Of a stretch of 35,276 nt of DNA, positions 1 to 9,192 are shown one piece after another. The first letter of the stretch is position 1. The number at the start of each line of letters is the position of its first letter. The position numbers and the translations under genes are program-made. This DNA is from an uncultured Actinomycetota bacterium (GTDB taxonomy: Bacteria; Actinomycetota; Actinomycetes; JAFAQI01): positions 1 to 35,276 of the forward strand of contig CAVYQE010000009.1 in NCBI GenBank assembly GCA_963770565.1, given 5' to 3'. Below the pieces are notes generated by a model. It worked only from the letters and a program-made list of their open reading frames with translations, did not search any database and was not told the DNA's origin.

Positions 1-1492
1 CGACACCGCGGGCCGTCGGGTGAGCTTCGCGGAGTTCGCCGAGCTGGCCGAGGCCGCCGCGGCCGGCCTGCAGTTGCTCGGAATCGGGCCCGGGACCCAG
101 GTGACCTGGCAGCTGCCGACCCGGATCGACAGCGTGGTCGTGTCGATGGCGTTGGCGCGGCTCGGCGCGATCCAGAACCCGGTGCTGCACCTATACCGCG
201 AGCGCGAAGTTGCCGCGGTGCTGCGCCAGAGCCGGCCGGCGTTCTTCTTGGTGCCGGGAGTGTGGCGCGACCGTGACTTCGGCGCGATGGCTACCGCACT
301 TGGCGCGGATCTCGACCGGCCTCCGGCGGTGGTCGACCTCGGTGCCGGCCTTCCGCTCGCTGATCCCTCGACGCTGCCACCGCCGCCGGCGTCGGCGGAA
401 GAGGTCCGCTGGGTCTATTACACGTCGGGCACCACCTCCGAGCCCAAGGGCGTCCAGCACACCGACCGGACCCTGATGGCCGGCGGGCGCGGCCTGGCCG
501 CCGCCCTCGACATGTCCGCCGACGACCTGGGTTCGATCGCCTTCCCGTACTCGCATATCGCCGGGCCGGACTACCTGCTGATGATGCTGGCGGCCGGCTT
601 CGGCGCTGTGCTGCTCGAAACGTTCGTGCCGGCCGATGCGGTGGCGACGTTCCGGCAGCTGGGCGTGACGATGTGTGGCGGCAGTACGGCGTTCTATCAG
701 ATGTACCTGGCCGAGCAACGCAAGTCGCCAGGCGCCCCGATCGTCCCGTCGTTGCGGCTGATGTCGGGTGGTGGCGCGGCGAAACCGGCTGAGATCTTCT
801 ACGACGTCCAGCGCGAGATGGACGTGCGGGTCGTGCACGGCTACGGCATGACCGAGGTGCCGATGATCGCGATGGGATCGCCGCACGACACCGACGAGCA
901 GCTCGCCGAGACCGACGGTCGTCCGGTCCTCGGCGCGGAGATCCGCATCGTCGGCGTGGATGACGTCGTCGTCGCGTCCGGCGCCGAAGGCGAGGTGCGG
1001 GTGCGTGGCCCGGTGGTCTGTGTCGGCTACACCGACCCGGCGGCGAACGCGGCCGCCTTCGACGCCGAGGGCTGGTTCCGAACCGGCGATCTCGGCGTGC
1101 TCCGGCCGGACGGGCACCTGCGGCTGACCGGCCGGCTGAAGGACGTGATCATCCGTAAGGGCGAGAACATCTCGGCCCGCGAGCTCGAAGAGGTGTTGTT
1201 CTCGCATCCCAAGGTGGCCGAGGTCGCGGTCATCGGCCTGCCCGATGCCGAGCGCGGCGAGCTGGTCTGCGCGGTCGTCGAGTTGGCCGGGCCAGATGAT
1301 CCGCTCACGCTCGAGGAGATGACCGGGTGGTGTCGTGACGCCGGCCTGATGATGCAGAAGGTGCCGGAGCGACTCGAGATCGTCGACCGGCTGCCGCGCA
1401 ACGAGACCCTCAACAAGGTGTTGAAGTTCAAGCTGCGTGAGCAGTTCGCCTCGGGTGGCGAGGTTTCTGACGGGGCGTCAGGTCCTGCGTAG
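1..1492 (+). CDS. AMP-binding acyl-CoA ligase, cyclohexanecarboxylate-CoA ligase-like (5' end outside window)
   Basis: YTSGTTSEPKG P-loop, YGMTE, WFRTGDLG, GRLKDVIIRKGENIS, terminal KVLK; the frame is open back to the window start. Confidence 0.88.
   Translation, partial: DTAGRRVSFAEFAELAEAAAAGLQLLGIGPGTQVTWQLPTRIDSVVVSMALARLGAIQNPVLHLYREREVAAVLRQSRPAFFLVPGVWRDRDFGAMATALGADLDRPPAVVDLGAGLPLADPSTLPPPPASAEEVRWVYYTSGTTSEPKGVQHTDRTLMAGGRGLAAALDMSADDLGSIAFPYSHIAGPDYLLMMLAAGFGAVLLETFVPADAVATFRQLGVTMCGGSTAFYQMYLAEQRKSPGAPIVPSLRLMSGGGAAKPAEIFYDVQREMDVRVVHGYGMTEVPMIAMGSPHDTDEQLAETDGRPVLGAEIRIVGVDDVVVASGAEGEVRVRGPVVCVGYTDPAANAAAFDAEGWFRTGDLGVLRPDGHLRLTGRLKDVIIRKGENISARELEEVLFSHPKVAEVAVIGLPDAERGELVCAVVELAGPDDPLTLEEMTGWCRDAGLMMQKVPERLEIVDRLPRNETLNKVLKFKLREQFASGGEVSDGASGPA
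1465..1483. promoter_or_regulatory. Palindromic operator, copy 1 (TTCTGACGGGGCGTCAGGT)
   Basis: CTGACG-N3-CGTCAG; -10-like TAGACT at 1490-1495, ATG at 1504. Confidence 0.8.
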
Positions 1493-1503
1493 ACTCGCGA
1501 AAC

Positions 1504-2838
1504 ATGCGCGGCATCGTCGGGTGGGGCGTTCACCTGCCGCGCCACCGGCTCGACCGGGGCCAGATCGCGCCGTTGGTCGGTGTCGGTGGCGGCGCCGGGA
1601 CTCGGGTGGTCGCGTCGTACGACGAGGACACCACCACGATGGCGGTCGAGGCGGGCCGGATCGTCTTGCGGGACGCCGGCACCGCACCGGACGCGGTGTG
1701 GCTGGCCACCACGACGCCGGTATATCTCGATAAGACGAATGCGACCGCCGTGCATGCGGCGCTGCGGCTCGACCGCGAGGTGCCGGCGTACGACGCGGTC
1801 GGCTCGGTGCGCTCCACCTCGGGTGCGCTGCGCGCCGCCCTTGATGGATTCGGGTCGGCGTTGGTGGTGGCCAGCGACCTGCGGACCGGCCGGCCTGGCT
1901 CGGCCGAGGAATCCGCCGGCGCGGATGCCGCAGCGGCCGTCCTCGTCGGTGGTCCCGACGACGGGCCGGTCCTGGCCGAGCTACTCGGCCGCGGGTCGGC
2001 GACCGCGGAGTTCCTCGACCGGTGGCGGGAGCCCGGCGAGGTCGGGTCGCGGGTGTGGGAGGAGCGGTTCGGCGAAACCAAGTACGTCCCGCTCGGACTC
2101 GACGCGCTCGGCGCGGCGCTGCGGGCGGCGGCCGTCGAAATCGACGAAGTGGACACACTCGTCGTCGCCGGACTGCACGAGCGAGCGTGCGCCGCGGTCG
2201 CGAAGGGCTCCGGGGTGGCGGCCGACCGGATCGCGGATCGGTTGGCGGCATCGGTCGGCAATCCCGGCGCGGCGCAACCGTTGCTGCTGCTCGCACGGGC
2301 GCTTGAGCAGGCCGAGCCGGGCCGGGTGGTCGTGCTGTTGACCTTGTCGGACGGTGCGGACTGCTTCGTGTTCCGCACCACTGCGGCCATTGCCGACTAC
2401 CGGTCGTCGCGTCCGGTCGCCTCACAGGTGCTGGTGGGTGCACCGGTTGACTACGGCCGCTACTTGGCCTGGCGCGGGCTGCTTGCGGTCGAGCCGCCGC
2501 GGCGGCCGGAGCCGGCCCGGCCGTCGGCAAGTGCCGCCGGTCGCAGCGTCGACTGGAAGTTCGGCCTGGCCTCGCCGGAGGGCGTGCTCGCCGACCAGGA
2601 GGGGACCGTGACGACGTTTACTATCGATCGGCTCGCCTACTCGCCGAGCCCGCCGGTGGTGTTCGCGGTCGTCGACTTCGATGACGGCGAGCGGCTCCCG
2701 GTCGAGCTGACCGACGTGACGGCCACCGACGTCTCGGTCGGCATGCGGGTGGAGATGACGTTCCGCCGGTTGTTTACCGCCGATGGCATCGCGAACTACT
2801 TCTGGAAGGCCCGGCCGGTGCGGGGCGGTGACGACTGA
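1504..2838 (+). CDS. HMG-CoA-synthase-like N-terminal domain fused to a DUF35/ChsH2-type OB-fold
   Basis: DEDTTTMAVEA and GADAAAAVLV thiolase-fold motifs; C-terminal VVDFDDGERLPVELTD...VGMRVEMTFRR...YFWKARP. Confidence 0.8.
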   Translation: MRGIVGWGVHLPRHRLDRGQIAPLVGVGGGAGTRVVASYDEDTTTMAVEAGRIVLRDAGTAPDAVWLATTTPVYLDKTNATAVHAALRLDREVPAYDAVGSVRSTSGALRAALDGFGSALVVASDLRTGRPGSAEESAGADAAAAVLVGGPDDGPVLAELLGRGSATAEFLDRWREPGEVGSRVWEERFGETKYVPLGLDALGAALRAAAVEIDEVDTLVVAGLHERACAAVAKGSGVAADRIADRLAASVGNPGAAQPLLLLARALEQAEPGRVVVLLTLSDGADCFVFRTTAAIADYRSSRPVASQVLVGAPVDYGRYLAWRGLLAVEPPRRPEPARPSASAAGRSVDWKFGLASPEGVLADQEGTVTTFTIDRLAYSPSPPVVFAVVDFDDGERLPVELTDVTATDVSVGMRVEMTFRRLFTADGIANYFWKARPVRGGDD

Positions 2839-2839
2839 C

Positions 2840-4027
2840 GTGGCGTCGCATGGCATTCGGGACCGGGTCGCGATCGTCGGCATGGGCTGCACCCGGTTTG
2901 CCGAGCACTACGACCTCGGTACCGACGACCTCCTGCTGGCCGCGACCACCGAGGCGTTCGAGGCGGCCGGGGTCGGCAAGGAGGACGTCGACGCCTATTG
3001 GTTGAGCACCGCGCAGTCCGGGATGAGTGGCATCACCCTGGCCCGCCCGCTCAAGCTCGAGTCAAAGCCGGTGACCCGGGTCGAGAACTACTGCGCGTCG
3101 GGGTCCGAGGCGCTGCGGCAGGCGGCGTACGCGGTGGCGTCCGGGGCGTACGACCTGGCGATGGCGGTCGGGGTGGAGAAGGTCAAGGACTCCGGATACC
3201 AAGGGTTGAACGCGTTTCCGATCCCGTCGGATGGCACGCAGCGGACGTTGACCGCGGCCGCGATGTTCTCGATGGTCGGGCCGGCGTACGCGAGGCGCTA
3301 TGGCGTCGACCCGGCGGAGCTACGCACGGTGCTCGCGCGGATCGCGTCGAAGAACCATGCGAACGGTGCGAAGAATCCGAAGGCGCAGTTCCGCAAGGAG
3401 ATCTCGGTCGAGCGGTTGCTCGCCATGCCGCCGGTCGCGGGTGACCTGTCGGTGTTCGACTGCGCGGGGGTCGCCGACGGCGCGGCGGCAGCGATCGTGT
3501 GCCGGGTCGAGGACGCGGCGCGCTTCACCGACCTGCCGGTCGTGATCAAGGCGCTGTCGTTCGTCGCCGGCAACGGGAGCGGGCTCGCCGACCCGAGCTA
3601 TGACTACACCCACTTTCCCGAGGTGGCTGCGACCGCCGCCGATGCCTACGCGCAAGCCGGGATCACCAACCCGCGGGCCGAATTGGCGATGGCCGAGGTA
3701 CACGACTGCTTCACTCCCACCGAGCTGGTGTTGATGGAGGACCTCGGGTTCTCCGAGCGAGGTACGGCGTGGCGCGACGTGCTGGCCGGCTGCTTTGATC
3801 TCGACGGTGACCTGCCGGTCAACCCGGACGGCGGGCTGAAATCGTTCGGGCACCCGGTCGGGGCATCCGGGCTCCGGATGATGTACGAGGCCTGGTTGCA
3901 ACTGCGCGGTGAAGCGCCGTTGGAGCGCCGGATCTCGACCTACGGCAAGCGGTCACTGGCACTGACCCACAACCTTGGCGGCTATCCCGGCGAGATGGTC
4001 AGCTTCGTCGGCATCGTCGGGACCTGA
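2840..4027 (+). CDS. SCP2/lipid-transfer-type thiolase (acetyl-CoA acetyltransferase)
   Basis: VENYCASG (Cys), EVHDCF, GHPVGASG; GTG 1 nt after the upstream stop. Confidence 0.88.
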   Translation: MASHGIRDRVAIVGMGCTRFAEHYDLGTDDLLLAATTEAFEAAGVGKEDVDAYWLSTAQSGMSGITLARPLKLESKPVTRVENYCASGSEALRQAAYAVASGAYDLAMAVGVEKVKDSGYQGLNAFPIPSDGTQRTLTAAAMFSMVGPAYARRYGVDPAELRTVLARIASKNHANGAKNPKAQFRKEISVERLLAMPPVAGDLSVFDCAGVADGAAAAIVCRVEDAARFTDLPVVIKALSFVAGNGSGLADPSYDYTHFPEVAATAADAYAQAGITNPRAELAMAEVHDCFTPTELVLMEDLGFSERGTAWRDVLAGCFDLDGDLPVNPDGGLKSFGHPVGASGLRMMYEAWLQLRGEAPLERRISTYGKRSLALTHNLGGYPGEMVSFVGIVGT

Positions 4028-4041
4028 GCACCCGAGAGCGA

Positions 4042-4851
4042 CTACCTCAGCCGCCAGTCGATCCGCTCGCCGGATTCGAACCGCCGTTGGCCTTCAGCGA
4101 GTGACTGCGCGGTCATGCCCATCGCGATGAACGAGTACGCCAGGTCGAGCGCCTGCCGGCGCCCGAGATCGACCGCCGCCCATACGGCGCGCAAGGTGGC
4201 CTGCACCGCGGCCGGCGGCGAGGCCGCGATCGTCGCAGCGAGTTGGCCGGCCGCCGCATGCAGGTCGGCGAGCGGAACAACCTCGGAGACCAGCCCGACC
4301 TGATACGCGCGCTGTGCTGAGATTCGCTCTGCGGCCCCGGTCAACTGCATCCGCAACAGCTCACCGAGTGGCATCCGGCCGACCATGAGCATCGACTCGT
4401 ACGACGCCGGCATCCCGTAGGTCACGTGCGGGTCGAAGAACGTCGCGCCCTCGGCGGCGATCAGGATGTCGGACTCGGCGAGGAGATACAGCGCGCCGCC
4501 GCAGGCGATCCCGTTGATCGCCGCGATCACCGGCTTCCACATCTCGTTGCGTTTCGGGCCGAGCTTCGTGCCGGGGTCGTCGTAGTCGATCGAGGAGGCG
4601 TCGAACCGGCCGCCGGTGGCGGTCGCGTCCGTGCCGATCTCCGACCGGTCGACGCCGGTGCAGAAGGCTCGATCACCGGCCCCGGTCAACACCGCGCAGC
4701 GAACGTTGTCGTCGTCGCGCATCGCCGCCCAGATCGACGAGATCTCCTCGAGCATCGTGTCGTTGAACGCGTTCATGACGTCCGGACGGTTGAGGGTGAC
4801 CCAGCCGATCCCGTCGGCGATCTCGTAGCGCACGGTCTCGAACTCGGTCAT
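4042..4851 (-). CDS. Crotonase/enoyl-CoA hydratase family protein
   Basis: VTLNRPDVMNA, AFCTGVD, KPVIAAINGIACGG; start at 4851 or 4863. Confidence 0.88.
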   Translation of the reverse strand: MTEFETVRYEIADGIGWVTLNRPDVMNAFNDTMLEEISSIWAAMRDDDNVRCAVLTGAGDRAFCTGVDRSEIGTDATATGGRFDASSIDYDDPGTKLGPKRNEMWKPVIAAINGIACGGALYLLAESDILIAAEGATFFDPHVTYGMPASYESMLMVGRMPLGELLRMQLTGAAERISAQRAYQVGLVSEVVPLADLHAAAGQLAATIAASPPAAVQATLRAVWAAVDLGRRQALDLAYSFIAMGMTAQSLAEGQRRFESGERIDWRLR

Positions 4852-4868
4852 CTGCGCGACCATACCGA

Positions 4869-4887
4869 ACCTGACGAGGCGTCAGGT
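4869..4887. promoter_or_regulatory. Palindromic operator, copy 2 (ACCTGACGAGGCGTCAGGT), divergent promoter
   Basis: Perfect 8-3-8 palindrome; -10 TACGCT at 4887-4892, ATG at 4900. Confidence 0.85.
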
Positions 4888-4899
4888 ACGCTCCGGCGC

Positions 4900-5817
4900 A
4901 TGTCGGGCTTCCTGCAGGACAAGGTGGTCGCGATCACCGGTGCAGGGCGCGGAATCGGTCGGGCGGTTGCACTTGCGTGCGCGGCCGAGGGCGCCAAGGT
5001 GCTCGTCAACGACTACGGCGTGGGGATCGATGGCGCCGACCCCACCAGTGAGGTCGCCGACTCAGTCGTTCGGGAGATCGAAGCGGCCGGTGGCGCGGCG
5101 ATTGCGATCGCCGACGACATCTCGACGATGGCGGCCGGCGAGCGGCTGGTCGCGACCGCGGTCGAGCAGTTCGGGCGGATCGACGGCGTCGTCACGGTCG
5201 CCGGCATCCTGCGTGAGCGGATGCTGTTCAACATGACCGAGGACGAGTGGGACGGGGTGATCGAGACCCATCTCAAGGGCACCTTCACGGTGTTCCGCGC
5301 CGCGGCTGCGGTGATGCGCAAGCAGGAGGGTGGCGGCTCGCTGGTCGCGTTCACCTCAGGGGTCGGGATGTGGGGCAGCGTGTCGCAGGCCAACTACGCG
5401 GCGGCCAAGGGCGGCGTGGTCGCGCTGGTCCGCAGTGCCGCGCTCGGGCTCGGCAAGTACGGCGTGACCGCGAATGCGATCGCCCCGGTCGCGAGCACCC
5501 GGATGCAGGCCAATGTGCCCGGCGGCACCGCGGAGACCGGAGATCCGGAAGATGTCGCGCCGATGGTCGTCTACCTGCTGTCGGACGCCGCGCGCGACGT
5601 CACCGGCCAGACCTACACGGTCGTGGGTGGCCGGGTCGCGTTGTGGGCCCAACCGCGGGAGATCCGCGAGATCGTCACGGACGGCCGCTGGACGCCCCAA
5701 GAGCTGGCGGCGCGACTGCCGGGCGAGGTGGGCACCGACCGGCTGCCGATGCTCGACTACATCGACATGATGAAGGCTCGCGCGGCACAAGCCGAGTCGG
5801 CATCGGCTTCATCGTGA
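4900..5817 (+). CDS. Short-chain dehydrogenase/reductase (3-hydroxyacyl-CoA dehydrogenase-like)
   Basis: TGAGRGIG, AGILRE, YAAAK; the true start is MSGFLQDK at 4900. Confidence 0.9.
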   Translation: MSGFLQDKVVAITGAGRGIGRAVALACAAEGAKVLVNDYGVGIDGADPTSEVADSVVREIEAAGGAAIAIADDISTMAAGERLVATAVEQFGRIDGVVTVAGILRERMLFNMTEDEWDGVIETHLKGTFTVFRAAAAVMRKQEGGGSLVAFTSGVGMWGSVSQANYAAAKGGVVALVRSAALGLGKYGVTANAIAPVASTRMQANVPGGTAETGDPEDVAPMVVYLLSDAARDVTGQTYTVVGGRVALWAQPREIREIVTDGRWTPQELAARLPGEVGTDRLPMLDYIDMMKARAAQAESASASS

Positions 5818-6584
5818 CGGCACCGCCGCCCTACCCGATCGGGCACGGCCTGCTGGCCGGCAAGACCGTGCTGGTGACGGCGGCGGCCGGCACCGGGATC
5901 GGATTCGCGACTGCCAAGCGGTGCGCCGAGGAGGGTGCAAGGGTCGCGATCAGCGACCGTCACGAGCGGCGGCTGGCCACCTCCGCCGAACGGCTCGCGG
6001 CGGTGCAGGGCACCGAGCCGATCGCGGTGCCCTGTGACGTCACGGTCGAGTCGGATGTGCAGCGAATGTTCGACGCGGTCGGCGAGTTCGACGTTCTGGT
6101 CAACAACGCCGGGCTCGGCGGCACCGCGCCCCTGGCTGACATGACCGATGAGCAGTGGCATGCGGTGGTCGACGTGACCCTCAATGGCACGATGCGCTGC
6201 ACCCGCGAAGGGCTGAAGCGGCTGAAGGCACGCGGCCGCGGTGGCGCGATCGTGAACAACGCCTCGGTGCTCGGCTGGCGGGCGCAAGCCGGGCAGGCCC
6301 ACTACGCGGCGGCGAAGGCCGGGGTGATGGCGCTGACCCGCGCCGCGGCCGTGGAAGCGGCCGAGTACGGCGTGCGAGTGAACGCCGTCGCGCCGTCGTT
6401 GGCAATGCACGAGAACCTGGCCAAGGTAACCAGCGACGAGCTGCTTGCAGAGCTGACGTCGCGCGAGGTGCTCGGTCGCGCGGCCGAGCCGTGGGAGATC
6501 GCCAACGTGATCGTCTTCCTGGCCAGCGACCTCGCGTCGTACCTGACCGGAGAGGTGATTTCGGCCAGCAGCCAGCACCCGTGA
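5814..6584 (+). CDS. ipdF: SDR, HIP-CoA reductase IpdF-like (Rv3559c-like)
   Basis: GHGLLAGKTVLVTAAAGTGIG...SDRHERRL, NNAG, YAAAK and C-terminal SSQHP, as recalled for Rv3559c; GTGA overlap with the upstream SDR. Confidence 0.8.
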   Translation: MTAPPPYPIGHGLLAGKTVLVTAAAGTGIGFATAKRCAEEGARVAISDRHERRLATSAERLAAVQGTEPIAVPCDVTVESDVQRMFDAVGEFDVLVNNAGLGGTAPLADMTDEQWHAVVDVTLNGTMRCTREGLKRLKARGRGGAIVNNASVLGWRAQAGQAHYAAAKAGVMALTRAAAVEAAEYGVRVNAVAPSLAMHENLAKVTSDELLAELTSREVLGRAAEPWEIANVIVFLASDLASYLTGEVISASSQHP

Positions 6585-6615
6585 CGTCGCCGGTGGTGGG
6601 CCCACGACAGGGCAA

Positions 6616-6634
6616 ACCTGACGGGGCGTCAGAT
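6616..6634. promoter_or_regulatory. Palindromic operator, copy 3 (ACCTGACGGGGCGTCAGAT)
   Basis: -10 TACGCT at 6634-6639, GTG at 6647. Confidence 0.85.
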
Positions 6635-6646
6635 ACGCTGCGCGGC

Positions 6647-8113
6647 GTGGGTTTCGAGGGCTATCGGCTGTTCATCGATGGCGAGTGGGTCGAGCCGGCC
6701 GGTGGGCACTACGACGTGATCAACCCGGCGACCGAGGCCGTCGTGGGCCGGGCACCCGAGGCATCCCGACAGCAGGTGTACGACGCGGCCGCAGCGGCCC
6801 GGGCGGCGTTCCCGGCCTGGTCGGCGACCAAGCCCGAGCAGCGCGCCGAGATCCTGCGTCGGGCCGCGGACGCGATCGCTGCGCACGCGGACGAGTACGC
6901 CGCGATCGCGCAGGCCGAGACCGGCGCGACGTCGGCGACCGTGAAGATGCTGCAGGTCAACGTCGCGGTCGCGCGGTTCCGCCGCTATGCCAAGGGGGCG
7001 CTCGAGCCGGTCGAGATCCCGTTGCCGCCGACCGTGACCGAGAGCAGCCCGCTGTCCAAGGGTGGGCTGACCGGTGCACTCGTGATCCGGCAGCCGGTCG
7101 GCGTGGTGAGCTGCATCACGTCGTACAACAATCCGTGGGCCAACCCGGCCGGCAAGATCGCGCCCGCGCTGGCGATGGGCAACACCCTCGTGGTCAAGCC
7201 GGCGCCGCAGGACCCGCTGTCGGTGCTGAAGATGGCCGAGGCGCTCGAGGAGGCCGGGCTGCCGGCCGGCGTCGTCAACGTCATCTCCGGGCAGGCGGTC
7301 GGAGTCGGCGAGGCGAGCGTCGACTCGCCTGACGTCGACATGGTGAGCTTCACCGGCAGCACGCAGGTCGGGCGCGCGATCGGTGCGGTCGCCGGCGGAT
7401 CGATGAAGCGCGTGTTGATGGAGCTCGGCGGCAAGGGTGCGGCGATCCTGTTCGACGACGCGGATGTCAAGGCCGCGATCGGCGCGATCGGCACGACCTT
7501 CAGCTTCTACTCGGGTCAGATCTGCACGGCGCCAACCCGGGTCTACGTGCATCGCTCGGTGCTCGACCAGGTGGTCGAGGGCCTGGCGGCGTACGCGAAG
7601 GCGCTGAAGGTCGGAGATCCGACCGCGCCCGACACGGTGGTCGGTCCGGTGATCTCGGCGGCGCATCGCGACCGGGTCGAGAGCTACATCTCCGCCGGTC
7701 GCGAGGAGGGCGCGACGCTGGTCGCGGGCGGCGAGCGCCCTGACCTCGACCCGGGGTTCTATGTCGCGCCGACTCTGTTCGCCGACTGCCACAACGACAT
7801 GCGAATCGTGCGCGAGGAGATCTTCGGCCCGGTCGTGTCCGTGGTCGGTTTCGACACCGAGGACGAGGCGATCGCGCTGTCGAACGACTCGGATTACGGG
7901 CTGATCAACTACGTCTGGTCGGCCGACGCGGCTCGGGGCTATCGCGTTGCGCGGCAGCTGCGGGCCGGCACTGTCGACCTCAATACGGTGACGCAGCAGA
8001 TGGAAGCGCCGTTCGGCGGCTTCAAGCAAAGCGGAGTCGGGCGCGACCGCGGATCGTTCGGGCTGCATGCTTACAGCGAGCTGCAAGCGATCGTCTGGCC
8101 GAGTACGACTTGA
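6647..8113 (+). CDS. Aldehyde dehydrogenase
   Basis: FTGST, ELGGK, SGQICTA catalytic Cys, EEIFGP, PFGGFKQSG. Confidence 0.93.
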   Translation: MGFEGYRLFIDGEWVEPAGGHYDVINPATEAVVGRAPEASRQQVYDAAAAARAAFPAWSATKPEQRAEILRRAADAIAAHADEYAAIAQAETGATSATVKMLQVNVAVARFRRYAKGALEPVEIPLPPTVTESSPLSKGGLTGALVIRQPVGVVSCITSYNNPWANPAGKIAPALAMGNTLVVKPAPQDPLSVLKMAEALEEAGLPAGVVNVISGQAVGVGEASVDSPDVDMVSFTGSTQVGRAIGAVAGGSMKRVLMELGGKGAAILFDDADVKAAIGAIGTTFSFYSGQICTAPTRVYVHRSVLDQVVEGLAAYAKALKVGDPTAPDTVVGPVISAAHRDRVESYISAGREEGATLVAGGERPDLDPGFYVAPTLFADCHNDMRIVREEIFGPVVSVVGFDTEDEAIALSNDSDYGLINYVWSADAARGYRVARQLRAGTVDLNTVTQQMEAPFGGFKQSGVGRDRGSFGLHAYSELQAIVWPSTT

Positions 8114-8126
8114 GGCGGAACAGCTG

Positions 8127-9179
8127 ATGCGTGGAGTCGTGTACGACGGATCGGCCTATCAGGTCGTCGACGACCTGTCAGTTCGGGATCCCGGGCCGGG
8201 TGAGATCGCGGTGCGGATCGGCGCAGCCGGGCTGTGTCACAGCGACCTGTCGGTGATCAACGGGACGATTCCGTTCCCGACGCCGGTCGTGCTCGGCCAC
8301 GAGGGCGCAGGCGTGGTCGAGGCGGTCGGCGGATCGGTCACCACGGTGAAGGAGGGCGACCACGTGGTGCTCTCGACGTTGGGCAACTGTGGCGCCTGCC
8401 AGTACTGCGACGCCGGACGGCCGACAATGTGCCGGTCGACCTTCGGCGGCCGACCGCAGCCGTTCACCTGGCGCGGCGAGCCGGCGTACGCGTTCGCCAA
8501 CGCCTCGGTGTTCTCCGAGCGGACCGTCGTGAAGGCCAACCAGGCGGTGCCGATCCCGGCAGAGGTGCCGCTGGAGTCAGCGGCGCTTGTCGGGTGCGGC
8601 GTGGTGACCGGAATCGGCGCCGTGCTGCATCGGGCGCGAGTGCCTGAGGGTGCCAGCGTGCTCGTGATCGGGGTCGGCGGGATCGGCCTCAACGTGATCC
8701 AGGGTGCGGCGCTCGCCGGGGCGGGCCGGATCATCGCGGTCGACACCAACCCGCGCAAGCGCGAGGCAGCGTTGGCTTTCGGCGCGACTGACTTTCTCGA
8801 GAGCATCGACGCGGTCCGCGACCTCGTGTCGACCGGGGTGGACTACGCGTTCGAGTGCGTCGGCCACGTCGGGCTGATTCGGGCGGCGATCGACCTGCTC
8901 GACTGGGGTGGCACCGCGGTGATGCTCGGCGTGCCGGGCTTTACCGACGAGGCGTCGTTCAACGTCGCATCGATGTATCTCGACAAGTCGGTCCTGGGCT
9001 GCCGGTATGGCTCGTCGCAGCCGCAGCGCGACGTACGCCGCTATGTCGAGCTATATCAGCGTGGACGGCTCAAGCTCGACGAGCTGGTCTCGCGCCGTTA
9101 TCTGCTCGCGGACATCGCCGATGCCGTTCACGACATGGAAGCCGGGGAGATCGTCGCGCGCGGCGTTCTCACCTTCTGA
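8127..9179 (+). CDS. Zn-dependent alcohol dehydrogenase
   Basis: CHSD, GHEG, CGACQYC..C structural Zn site, GVGGIG. Confidence 0.93.
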   Translation: MRGVVYDGSAYQVVDDLSVRDPGPGEIAVRIGAAGLCHSDLSVINGTIPFPTPVVLGHEGAGVVEAVGGSVTTVKEGDHVVLSTLGNCGACQYCDAGRPTMCRSTFGGRPQPFTWRGEPAYAFANASVFSERTVVKANQAVPIPAEVPLESAALVGCGVVTGIGAVLHRARVPEGASVLVIGVGGIGLNVIQGAALAGAGRIIAVDTNPRKREAALAFGATDFLESIDAVRDLVSTGVDYAFECVGHVGLIRAAIDLLDWGGTAVMLGVPGFTDEASFNVASMYLDKSVLGCRYGSSQPQRDVRRYVELYQRGRLKLDELVSRRYLLADIADAVHDMEAGEIVARGVLTF

Positions 9180-9192
9180 CGAGGCCGGTCCG

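Noticed and set aside
2833-2851. GACTGACGTGGCGTCGCAT, a weak operator-like sequence
   Set aside because: Two right-arm mismatches and constrained by overlapping stop/start codons; not counted among the six
1504-4027. Thiolase, HMGS-like gene and distant HMGR as an upper mevalonate pathway
   Set aside because: The HMGS-like domain lacks the catalytic Cys, the HMGR is over 21 kb away, and no lower-pathway genes are seen
9174-9192. TTCTGACGAGG operator-like half site at the ADH stop
   Set aside because: Right arm absent (CCGGTC); no -10 evident
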